This document shows, piece by piece, positions 9,599-16,079 of a stretch of DNA of 26,906 nucleotides; the first letter of the stretch is position 1; every line of letters starts with the position of its first letter. Both the position numbers and the translations under genes were made by a program. The stretch comes from a virus. Taxonomy: Duplodnaviria; Caudoviricetes. Below the pieces are notes generated by a model. It ran no database searches and had not been told where the DNA came from. It saw nothing but the letters and a program-made list of their open reading frames with translations. Where the stretch lies: positions 1-26,906 of IMG/VR virus record IMGVR_UViG_3300002098_000132. The stretch is one strand, 5' to 3'.

Positions 9599-10017
9599 CC
9601 TTCCCACTGCCTATTTCTTTCTATGTCAAAGCTGGGCTTAGTGCTTTGGTGGTATTCGCTATTTGGTTTAGTGGTTATCGGGTGGGTTATTCACGATTGG
9701 TGGCGTACAAAGCAGAACAAGCTACCATCACGCAAGAAAAACAAAACCAACATCAAGCCGAAGTAGACAAACTAAGGAAAGATAAAAATGCAGAAATTAA
9801 CGCTATCAACGCTAAGTTGTTTGCTACTCTTAACGAGTTGCGTTCACGTCCCAGTCGAACCGAAGCAGCCAGCAATGGACAAGGTTTCACAGGAAGAACT
9901 GGACTTAGCCTTTTTGCCGAGGATTCAGCTTTTCTTGTCGGGGAAGCTGCCCGCGCCGACAAACTCCGGATTGAACTTAAAGCCTGTTACGCCCAATACG
10001 ACGCCATAAGTAAATGA
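9595..10017 (+). CDS. Rz: i-spanin (Rz-like)
   Basis: N-terminal TM followed by a periplasmic coiled coil, C-terminal AARADKLRIELKAC; contains an embedded lipoprotein ORF. Confidence 0.8.
   Translation: MTFPLPISFYVKAGLSALVVFAIWFSGYRVGYSRLVAYKAEQATITQEKQNQHQAEVDKLRKDKNAEINAINAKLFATLNELRSRPSRTEAASNGQGFTGRTGLSLFAEDSAFLVGEAARADKLRIELKACYAQYDAISK
9788..10009 (+). CDS. Rz1: o-spanin lipoprotein (Rz1-like), embedded in Rz in the +1 frame
   Basis: AAGGA RBS; signal peptide with lipobox LLLTSC; Pro-rich mature part; fully nested in Rz. Confidence 0.75.
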   Translation: MQKLTLSTLSCLLLLTSCVHVPVEPKQPAMDKVSQEELDLAFLPRIQLFLSGKLPAPTNSGLNLKPVTPNTTP

Positions 10018-10463
10018 CAAAGAACGAGCAAGCGTTACTCGACACTATTGCGTTCTCCGAAATTGGCAGAACGCTGCTGGCCAAGTCGGACAATGGCTAT
10101 AACGTCCTTTTGGGTGGCGCATTATTCTCAGGCTACGCTGACCATCCTCGCAAGCTAATTACGGTCAATGGGCTATCATCAACGGCTGCCGGCAGATATC
10201 AAATCTTAGAGCGCTATTTTGACGCATACAAGGCACAGCTTCACTTGATGGACTTCTCCCCTGTATCACAAGACAAAATCGCGCTACAGATGATTAAAGA
10301 AGTTGGCGCGGATAAATTGATTAATGAAGGCGAGTTCGAGCAAGCCATTCAAAAATGCAGTTCACGCTGGGCTAGTTTGCCGGGCGCGAAATATGGACAA
10401 CACACAAACGATATGGCGCATCTTAAAGCCTATTACGAGAATGTAGGTGGGTTAGTAGCATGA
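10014..10463 (+). CDS. endolysin, lambda R-type lytic transglycosylase
   Basis: LDTIAFSE (catalytic Glu), GYNVLLGG, DHPR, STAAGRYQIL, DFSPVSQD, WASLPGAKYGQ all match lambda R family motifs. Confidence 0.93.
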   Translation: MTKNEQALLDTIAFSEIGRTLLAKSDNGYNVLLGGALFSGYADHPRKLITVNGLSSTAAGRYQILERYFDAYKAQLHLMDFSPVSQDKIALQMIKEVGADKLINEGEFEQAIQKCSSRWASLPGAKYGQHTNDMAHLKAYYENVGGLVA

Positions 10464-10669
10464 GCGATTTGTTTGATGAAGCATCCGATTTAGAAGCAAT
10501 GCACCGCGATTTGGCAATCAAAGCCATACGCGCTAGAGAAAAAGAAAAGTTTTTAGGTCATTGCGTTTATTGCAATGAGCCGGTTAAACAAGGTAGCTTT
10601 TGTGGCGCAGAGTGCCGCGAAGATTACGAGCTAGAACAAAAGTTCAAACGAATCACAGGAAAACGCTAA
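10460..10669 (+). CDS. TraR/DksA-like C4 zinc-finger protein (69 aa)
   Basis: N-terminal DxxDxA (DLFDEA) helix plus CxxC-x10-CxxxC. Confidence 0.65.
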   Translation: MSDLFDEASDLEAMHRDLAIKAIRAREKEKFLGHCVYCNEPVKQGSFCGAECREDYELEQKFKRITGKR

Positions 10670-10732
10670 TAAGACATTGATTTAACACACAATTCGGTTA
10701 ATATCCGACTTATAAACATTAGAAAGATTACT

Positions 10733-11716
10733 ATGCCGTTTGAGCCTGTGTGTTCTGATAAAGAATTTATTAAACTTTGGAAAAAGTTAGGATCGCCAAC
10801 CCTTGTAGCCAAAGAACTAGGTATAAACCCTAGAAGCGTATCTAACCGTAAATCTGCTATTCAAATTCGACATAATATTGAATTGCCCACGCATGGCTCT
10901 TTACGCAGCCCCAAAAAAGAAAAACCCAAAAAAGTAGAGCAAGCAGCGCACAATGTCCGCCGAGGCATTGATGTTGATAAAGTCAAACGCGTCATTGTGT
11001 TTTCAGACGCTCACTTTACAGACACCACTACAACGGCCTTTAAAGCCCTATTACAGATGATTGACACGTTCAAGCCAGAAGTCATCATCTGCAACGGCGA
11101 CGCCTTCGATGGACAGGTTTTAAGCCGTTTCCCATCAATCAATTACGATGCAAAGCCTACCGTATTGGAAGAACTCAAGGCTTGCCGCGAGCATTTAGAT
11201 GAGATCGTTAAACATAGACCGGCTGGCTGCCGTTTGATCTGGACGCTGGGCAACCACGATATGCGCTACGAATCGTGGCTAGTCAATAAAGTGCCAGAGT
11301 ATAGCGGTGTTGATGGCTTTAGCCTCAAATACCATTTTCCTGAATGGGAAACTTGCTGGTCATTTTGGATTGGTGAGGAAACCATCATCAAACACCGCTA
11401 TAAGGGCGGGCGTACAGCAGGCTACAGCAATCTGTTATCAGCGGGCAATACCAACATCATTACTGGCCATACGCACGTTCTCGCTTGTCAGCCAATCAGT
11501 AACTACCAAGGCACCTATTGGGGCGTCCAAACCGGCTGTTTGGCTGACCCCATGAGTCCTACCTTCGAGTATTGCGAAGATAGCCCTAAGGACTGGCGCA
11601 GTGGCTTTGTGATGTTGTCTTTTGACCAAGGCCGTATGCTGATGCCAGAGATGATTATGGTGTCAGATGAAGCCAATGGGGAATACGAGTTTAGAGGCTG
11701 CATAAACAAAGTATGA
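10733..11716 (+). CDS. calcineurin-like metallophosphoesterase with possible N-terminal HTH (327 aa)
   Basis: Motifs SDAH, GDAFD, GNHD, KH, GHTH in canonical order; N-terminal SPTLVAKELGINPRSV is HTH-like. Confidence 0.88.
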   Translation: MPFEPVCSDKEFIKLWKKLGSPTLVAKELGINPRSVSNRKSAIQIRHNIELPTHGSLRSPKKEKPKKVEQAAHNVRRGIDVDKVKRVIVFSDAHFTDTTTTAFKALLQMIDTFKPEVIICNGDAFDGQVLSRFPSINYDAKPTVLEELKACREHLDEIVKHRPAGCRLIWTLGNHDMRYESWLVNKVPEYSGVDGFSLKYHFPEWETCWSFWIGEETIIKHRYKGGRTAGYSNLLSAGNTNIITGHTHVLACQPISNYQGTYWGVQTGCLADPMSPTFEYCEDSPKDWRSGFVMLSFDQGRMLMPEMIMVSDEANGEYEFRGCINKV

Positions 11717-12060
11717 AAATTACACCCAAAATCTTAGAAAGTATTTATCTTACTTTGGCTAAATGCGAACCCTTTACTAAATGGGATTTGCCGCCAAGTG
11801 AGTTATGCCGCTACGATATTGTGGATGACCATACAGTAATGGCTACTTATGAATACGATGAATCAATGGCTAAACCGCATATCTTTAGCATATCTAAAGC
11901 TCGTTGCGGTCACTACGATACGGTGGTGCGATCTATGGCTCACGAAATGATCCATTGTTCTCGGCACAAATCTGGCAAATGGACACTACATGACGCAACA
12001 TTCAAGCGTAGAAAGATGGCTGTTGGATTAGAGTTGGGATTTGACGGCCATGAATTATGA
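11713..12060 (+). CDS. SprT-like zinc metallopeptidase (115 aa)
   Basis: AHEMIH (HEXXH) followed by LHDATF third ligand; ATGA overlap with upstream gene. Confidence 0.7.
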   Translation: MKITPKILESIYLTLAKCEPFTKWDLPPSELCRYDIVDDHTVMATYEYDESMAKPHIFSISKARCGHYDTVVRSMAHEMIHCSRHKSGKWTLHDATFKRRKMAVGLELGFDGHEL

Positions 12061-12469
12061 CTTATTAAAGAGTCCTTAAATAGCTTAAAGCCTTATTAAT
12101 GAGTCATTTAATATGTATAGAATTTGCACTTTTGTAGACATATTAAACGGCTATTTACCATTTCGTTGACAAATAAAGCTGGTTTTGAGGTTTATTTACC
12201 ATTCTGTTGACAAATACTTTTCCTTACAAAATACCCCGATCGGTAATTTTTTTGCTTATTTGGTCACTTTTTTAAACATTTTTCCCGTTCGGGAAACTTT
12301 TTCTTACTTTGTTATTGTTTTAACATTGACTATGTTATCTAAAAAATAAACGTGTTAAGTGCATGAAATATAAAGAAAATTCCATGCAAAAATGTGGCAT
12401 TGTTGTCCGAAATTTGTGTATCTTTTTTGTACTTATAGGTATGAAAAAAGGTTGCTAATTGCAACCTTT
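12059..12469. repeat. array of diverse palindromic / paired operator-like sites in a convergent intergenic region
   Basis: 16-mer pair 12059-12074/12090-12105; 17-bp inverted repeat 12107-12147; 24-mer pair 12152-12175/12193-12216; CCGWTCGG-core pair 12233-12246/12281-12296; TAACAT-N5-ATGTTA 12321-12337; TGCATG...CATGCA 12360-12388; TACTTATAGGTA 12430-12441; AAAGGTTGC-N5-GCAACCTTT 12447-12469. Confidence 0.8.
12444..12469 (-). terminator. candidate intrinsic terminator of the leftward small-gene operon
   Basis: On the - strand GGTTGC-AATTA-GCAACC is followed by T6, a few nt after the stop at 12475. Confidence 0.55.
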
Positions 12470-12474
12470 AGGTA

Positions 12475-12618
12475 TCACTTAGCCATCATGTAAAGCCCGA
12501 CGTTTCCAAGGGCGTAACCAAAATAACAAATAGCCATGCCGGTATTGCCCTTGTAAAATTGTTCAAGGCTGATATACAAATATATCAAGCCTGTCAAAAC
12601 AATTAGCCAGCTACTCAT
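12475..12618 (-). CDS. small 2-TM membrane protein (47 aa, not in ORF track)
   Basis: Manual translation MSSWLIVLTGLIYLYISLEQFYKGNTGMAICYFGYALGNVGLYMMAK; overlaps the end of the upstream gene. Confidence 0.75.
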   Translation of the reverse strand: MSSWLIVLTGLIYLYISLEQFYKGNTGMAICYFGYALGNVGLYMMAK

Positions 12619-12919
12619 TAGCTTCGCGTTTGGCTATCTCGCGTTGAACATACCAAACGGCCTTTTTAAGATCCTCAATGGCGTCTTTTTTAAGGTCACA
12701 ACGCCAAATATATTTAACAGCGTTACCTAAATTAAAACCCATGTGTTCGGTAATCTGAATGCACTCGATTCCACTAGGATGGTCAGTGTAATGTTTTGGA
12801 TGGTTCACCGGATCGTGCGTTACCTCAGTATTTCTTTCAACGCTCAAAGCGGCGGTCAATTTCTCAATAGATTCTTGTGCAAGAACTGGATCGTATTCCA
12901 TAACCATTGGTTCATTCAT
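12611..12919 (-). CDS. DUF3310-family protein (T7 gp1.7 nucleotide kinase-like)
   Basis: DPVNHPKHY...IECI...GFNLGNAVKYIWR...EDLKKAVWY; start moved to 12919 (GGAGG RBS, ATGA overlap). Confidence 0.85.
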   Translation of the reverse strand: MNEPMVMEYDPVLAQESIEKLTAALSVERNTEVTHDPVNHPKHYTDHPSGIECIQITEHMGFNLGNAVKYIWRCDLKKDAIEDLKKAVWYVQREIAKREANE

Positions 12920-13080
12920 TTTGATACGCCTCCCCATACCTGTTGTTCTAAATGCCGAATGTAGGCCGTTTGATGCTCGATATGAAGCAACAAGTCATCA
13001 TATTTGATGCGCCAATAGTCGGCGTCAGCTAAGGCTTTATTTAAGCGAAATCTAAGTTCTGCTTCAGTCATGGATTTCAT
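12916..13080 (-). CDS. hypothetical coiled-coil protein (54 aa, not in ORF track)
   Basis: Manual translation MKSMTEAELRFRLNKALADADYWRIKYDDLLLHIEHQTAYIRHLEQQVWGGVSK; GGAGG RBS; ATGA overlaps at both ends. Confidence 0.75.
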   Translation of the reverse strand: MKSMTEAELRFRLNKALADADYWRIKYDDLLLHIEHQTAYIRHLEQQVWGGVSK

Positions 13081-13346
13081 TTTTCCTCCAATACTGCAAT
13101 CATGTATTTAACTGCTAAAGTTACGCCCCTACCATACGCTAAAGTAGTCATTGGTTTCTTTTCTAATTGCTCAATGTAATCAAGCAAAATTCCATCAACT
13201 TCTTTAAGCACTCGTAAAGCCCTGTCTTTGTCAGCTTGTTGCTGGCGTAGCATGGTGGCGACTAAATCATATATCTGAATCGGTGCTGTATTTTCTTCAA
13301 GGTTATAGAATTTCATCATTTCATCAGCTAGTTTATTTGCGTTCAT
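13077..13346 (-). CDS. modular mini-protein (MNANKLAD + ATMLRQQQA modules, 89 aa)
   Basis: Starts within the junction repeat; shares modules with the 13516 and 14187 genes. Confidence 0.8.
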   Translation of the reverse strand: MNANKLADEMMKFYNLEENTAPIQIYDLVATMLRQQQADKDRALRVLKEVDGILLDYIEQLEKKPMTTLAYGRGVTLAVKYMIAVLEEK

Positions 13347-13519
13347 TTCTCTTGTGCCTTTCTTAGTGAATACCAGTCCGATAAATCTATGTATTCTCTT
13401 TCGTCATCAGGAAAAGAAAAACAATAGGCATCATAAGTAGAGCAACGCAGTGGCTCAAGTGTTTTGTTATTAATTGGGAAAACCATTTTGTCTAAGCAAC
13501 GTACATAAAGTTGTTTCAT
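13343..13519 (-). CDS. hypothetical protein ending in the LRKAQEK module (58 aa, not in ORF track)
   Basis: Manual translation MKQLYVRCLDKMVFPINNKTLEPLRCSTYDAYCFSFPDDEREYIDLSDWYSLRKAQEK; bounded by two junction repeats. Confidence 0.75.
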   Translation of the reverse strand: MKQLYVRCLDKMVFPINNKTLEPLRCSTYDAYCFSFPDDEREYIDLSDWYSLRKAQEK

Positions 13520-13755
13520 TCTTGTGCCTTTCTTAGTATTGCTCTAGTTGCCTTGAACAATGCTTTACACATTTGCTCGTTATCAGCTTTCAACGCCTCT
13601 ATTTCAGCTTGTTGCTGGCGTAGCATGGTGGCTGCTTGTTCTAACTGGTCAGCAAGTCTATCGTTGGCGTTTTCTTGTACGCTCTTACGGCTTGTTGCCT
13701 TTCTACGAATTGACGCACGGATTTCCATCGAATCAGCTAGTTCATTTGCGTTCAT
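13516..13755 (-). CDS. modular mini-protein (MNANELAD + ATMLRQQQAEIEALK + RAILRKAQE, 79 aa)
   Basis: ORF track; junction repeats at both ends. Confidence 0.8.
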   Translation of the reverse strand: MNANELADSMEIRASIRRKATSRKSVQENANDRLADQLEQAATMLRQQQAEIEALKADNEQMCKALFKATRAILRKAQE

Positions 13756-14009
13756 TTCTCTTGTGCCTTTTTTAGTATTGCTCTAGCAAATGCTTTTTGT
13801 TTCATCCAAGGTGTATTGCCATGCGAATGACTCCAGCAATAATCTATTTCCTCATCTGTTAATTCTTTGTAATCAAGCTGTCTTTGTAGGCTGCTAATCT
13901 GGTCTTGTGCTTCCATTAGGATGATGTGTGCCGTACCCCAAGGAAGCTCTGCTGTCTCCTCTAAATAGGTTTTAATGTCGTTTAATACCTTTTCAGTCGT
14001 TAATCTCAT
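13752..14009 (-). CDS. modular mini-protein (ELTDEEI + FARAILKKAQEK, 85 aa)
   Basis: ORF track; junction repeats at both ends. Confidence 0.8.
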   Translation of the reverse strand: MRLTTEKVLNDIKTYLEETAELPWGTAHIILMEAQDQISSLQRQLDYKELTDEEIDYCWSHSHGNTPWMKQKAFARAILKKAQEK

Positions 14010-14025
14010 TTCTCACTTACCTTTC

Positions 14026-14190
14026 TTAATCATCTAAAAATGGAGAAATAAAACCAACCATGCCAACTACGCTTGATAGCATAAGCAAAACTGCAAGGTC
14101 TAAACTTCTATGGTCTAAGTCCGTTCCAGCTACCCAACCAATAAATAATGTGGCTGAAAAACATAATACAAAAGCAATAATTCTTTTCAT
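14026..14190 (-). CDS. small 2-TM membrane protein (54 aa, not in ORF track)
   Basis: Manual translation MKRIIAFVLCFSATLFIGWVAGTDLDHRSLDLAVLLMLSSVVGMVGFISPFLDD; starts in a junction repeat with AGAAAGG RBS. Confidence 0.72.
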   Translation of the reverse strand: MKRIIAFVLCFSATLFIGWVAGTDLDHRSLDLAVLLMLSSVVGMVGFISPFLDD

Positions 14191-14486
14191 TTCTCACTTG
14201 CCTTTCTTAGTATTGCTCTAGCAAATTTTTTAATTCCAGTCATAGTGTTTGGATAGCCACAGGATTCAAACAGTTCAATTATTTCCTCATCTGTTAGTTC
14301 AAAATACCTAGCTGCTAACTTTAATTCTTCTTTAGATTTTTCTTTTTGAAAGAATAATAAATCTGTTTTCAACGCCTCTATTTCAGCTTGTAGTGCTGGG
14401 ATAGTGCGTAGCATGGTGGCACATTCCGCTTTTAATGGTGTGTAGTCCGTATTTACTAAAGCATCAGCTAGTTCATTTGCGTTCAT
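14187..14486 (-). CDS. modular mini-protein carrying all four modules (99 aa)
   Basis: MNANELAD, ATMLR...QAEIEALK, ELTDEEI, FARAILRKASEK. Confidence 0.8.
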   Translation of the reverse strand: MNANELADALVNTDYTPLKAECATMLRTIPALQAEIEALKTDLLFFQKEKSKEELKLAARYFELTDEEIIELFESCGYPNTMTGIKKFARAILRKASEK

Positions 14487-15035
14487 TTATCTAAATCCCG
14501 ATAGTCTTGGAGAAAACACGAACGTCGCTTGCCAATTAGCCGGTTTAGGCTGGACGTTATCATCCACCAAGCCGCGTATATTCCAACCCAAATTAACATA
14601 GATACACCGGCTAAAACCAATAGGGGCAACAAGAGTAAATTGAAATAGTCCATCAACGTGTACGAAACACCAGCCCGCTTTTGCATTGTCGTTATCCTTA
14701 ATTGTTTTATCCCCGCTAACGCTGGTAAAGTATGGTTCGCTTAAATAGCGTAACGCAAAACTATACGCCGGGTTGCGCCACAGCCACTTAATCATTGAAA
14801 AATAGCTAAAGCCATTCAGTTCTTTAAATGTAGCGTCACCATACAAGCTATTATCTGGCGTCATAAACCAACCTAACCAAGATGGCAAACGCGGTTCTTC
14901 AGCTTCGTAACTATGGTTGTTGCACCAACCCATTTCAACCCTAGCAAATAACACAAAGATAGGGGCTAAAGGTATCGAAAGCACTGTCAAAATCAAGCTA
15001 ATCGGTACTAACAATGTATACACAATGTAGATCAT
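14487..15035 (-). CDS. hypothetical membrane-anchored protein (182 aa)
   Basis: Hydrophobic N-terminus; Trp-rich WFMTPDNSLYGD and WLWRNPAY segments; GAGGA RBS. Confidence 0.75.
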   Translation of the reverse strand: MIYIVYTLLVPISLILTVLSIPLAPIFVLFARVEMGWCNNHSYEAEEPRLPSWLGWFMTPDNSLYGDATFKELNGFSYFSMIKWLWRNPAYSFALRYLSEPYFTSVSGDKTIKDNDNAKAGWCFVHVDGLFQFTLVAPIGFSRCIYVNLGWNIRGLVDDNVQPKPANWQATFVFSPRLSGFR

Positions 15036-15202
15036 TTTGTTTCCTCTGGTTTTGACATGACACTTGCGCCACTTTCAACAATCATTACTGGTTCATGCCG
15101 AAGCCACCCCATGAATGGGATTGGCTCTTGACAAGTGCATGGCGCCCTACCTTGTAAACAATCGCCAGTGCAACCTAATTCTGAAAGTGTCCAAGTTGTC
15201 AT
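15032..15202 (-). CDS. small Cys-motif protein (56 aa, not in ORF track)
   Basis: Manual translation MTTWTLSELGCTGDCLQGRAPCTCQEPIPFMGWLRHEPVMIVESGASVMSKPEETK; ATGA overlaps at both ends. Confidence 0.7.
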   Translation of the reverse strand: MTTWTLSELGCTGDCLQGRAPCTCQEPIPFMGWLRHEPVMIVESGASVMSKPEETK

Positions 15203-15366
15203 GCGTAATCCGCCGTTTTTAGTAGTAAAAGTTGAACATGGGTTTGTAGCTCTTGGACTTTATCATAGATAGGTTTACGCCCATTGACATGAGCGTTACT
15301 AGCTAAGATTTCAATCTGATTAATAAGCTGCCGAGCTGCGACGATGTCGGTTAGTAAGGTATTCAT
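15199..15366 (-). CDS. hypothetical helical protein (55 aa, not in ORF track)
   Basis: Manual translation MNTLLTDIVAARQLINQIEILASNAHVNGRKPIYDKVQELQTHVQLLLLKTADYA; GGAGG RBS; ATGA overlaps. Confidence 0.72.
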   Translation of the reverse strand: MNTLLTDIVAARQLINQIEILASNAHVNGRKPIYDKVQELQTHVQLLLLKTADYA

Positions 15367-15569
15367 TTTCTAGCCTCCATCATTGCGTCTGCAACCATAT
15401 ACGCTATTTCAGCTAATCTTTTATAGGTCGTAGCGAAATCAATTTCAGGGTTTGCCATAATGCCGGATAAATATTTAGCGGCAAAGTAATCCCGTAAATC
15501 CATTCCACTATGGTTATATGATTCTTCATAAGGAAAGGCTTTAGTAACGTCTGTCAGCATAGTTTTCAT
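15363..15569 (-). CDS. conserved phage hypothetical protein (GMxLRDYFAA family, 68 aa)
   Basis: GMDLRDYFAAK...AYMVADAMMEAR, a widespread phage motif of unknown function. Confidence 0.8.
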   Translation of the reverse strand: MKTMLTDVTKAFPYEESYNHSGMDLRDYFAAKYLSGIMANPEIDFATTYKRLAEIAYMVADAMMEARK

Positions 15570-15775
15570 TTTAACCTCACTACTTTGGCTTTCTTGAGCG
15601 CAATCTCATACAGTTCTTTAGCGCCATCATCTAATGCGCGCAATGGAAGATTCTGAAAGTATCTCCACTTGTCGCGGTACTCTTGTTGCTCAGACGGCGG
15701 AATCCAGCCGTATTGAGTACGCCAGCGCGTAGTAATGTCAGTTCCAGCAGCAGTCCAAATATAAGGTGTTCTCAT
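15566..15775 (-). CDS. hypothetical protein (69 aa)
   Basis: ACTAGAGGA RBS; ATGA overlap downstream. Confidence 0.75.
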   Translation of the reverse strand: MRTPYIWTAAGTDITTRWRTQYGWIPPSEQQEYRDKWRYFQNLPLRALDDGAKELYEIALKKAKVVRLK

Positions 15776-15803
15776 GATTTTTCCTCTAGTTAAATCAATT
15801 ACG

Positions 15804-16022
15804 TTAAGCAGCTATTTCTTGTTTCAATTCATCCCGTTCTCTAGCCGCGCGAAGAATGGTGTACCGCTGGTGTAGGCGTTGTACGATTGACCAACGCTTT
15901 TCACCTTTTCGTTCTGCTTCAAGCAAATCCAATACATCTTCTTCACTCAAAGTAGACAGAATATCTGTCAAAGTTCTCCAGCTATACGACTTGACTGGCT
16001 CTTTCTTTTTAAACAATCTCAT
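15804..16022 (-). CDS. hypothetical helical protein (72 aa)
   Basis: AAAGGA RBS; follows the helicase gene and a putative promoter. Confidence 0.75.
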   Translation of the reverse strand: MRLFKKKEPVKSYSWRTLTDILSTLSEEDVLDLLEAERKGEKRWSIVQRLHQRYTILRAARERDELKQEIAA

Positions 16023-16047
16023 TGGTAATTCCTTTCAAAGTTTGGTT

Positions 16048-16075
16048 ACTGTAACAGATTTATTTGTAATGTAAA
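16048..16075 (-). promoter_or_regulatory. putative sigma70-type promoter for the leftward small-gene operon
   Basis: - strand TTTACA-N16-TACAGT with extended -10 TG; same TGTTACA(C/G)T core as the promoter at 17721-17748. Confidence 0.5.
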
Positions 16076-16079
16076 ACAA

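Larger units (their letters stand above)
13343..14225 (-). repeat. five dispersed copies of a ~24-39 bp gene-junction repeat (consensus CTAAGAAAGGCAcaaGAGAAATGA)
   Basis: Copies at 13343-13366, 13516-13547, 13752-13790, 14006-14028 and 14187-14225; each contains an RBS and an ATGA. Confidence 0.9.

Noticed and set aside
12152-12216. 24-bp direct repeat pair as a mini-CRISPR, or its TTGACA as promoter -35 boxes
   Set aside because: Only two copies with a 17-bp spacer and no cas genes; no convincing -10 at 16-18 bp and no downstream + strand gene.
12391-12415. Possible ninth dyad AATGTGGCATTGTTGTCCGAAATT in the palindrome array
   Set aside because: Arm match is too weak to count.
13343-14225. 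Junction repeats as a CRISPR array or integron attC sites
   Set aside because: Intervals are roughly 170-255 bp and are open reading frames; the repeats are not palindromic, lack the RYYYAAC/GTTRRRY cores, and no integrase is present.
13511-14686. ORFs 13511-13786 (+), 13560-13775 (+) and 14483-14686 (-)
   Set aside because: Antisense or alternate-frame overlaps of better-supported coupled genes.
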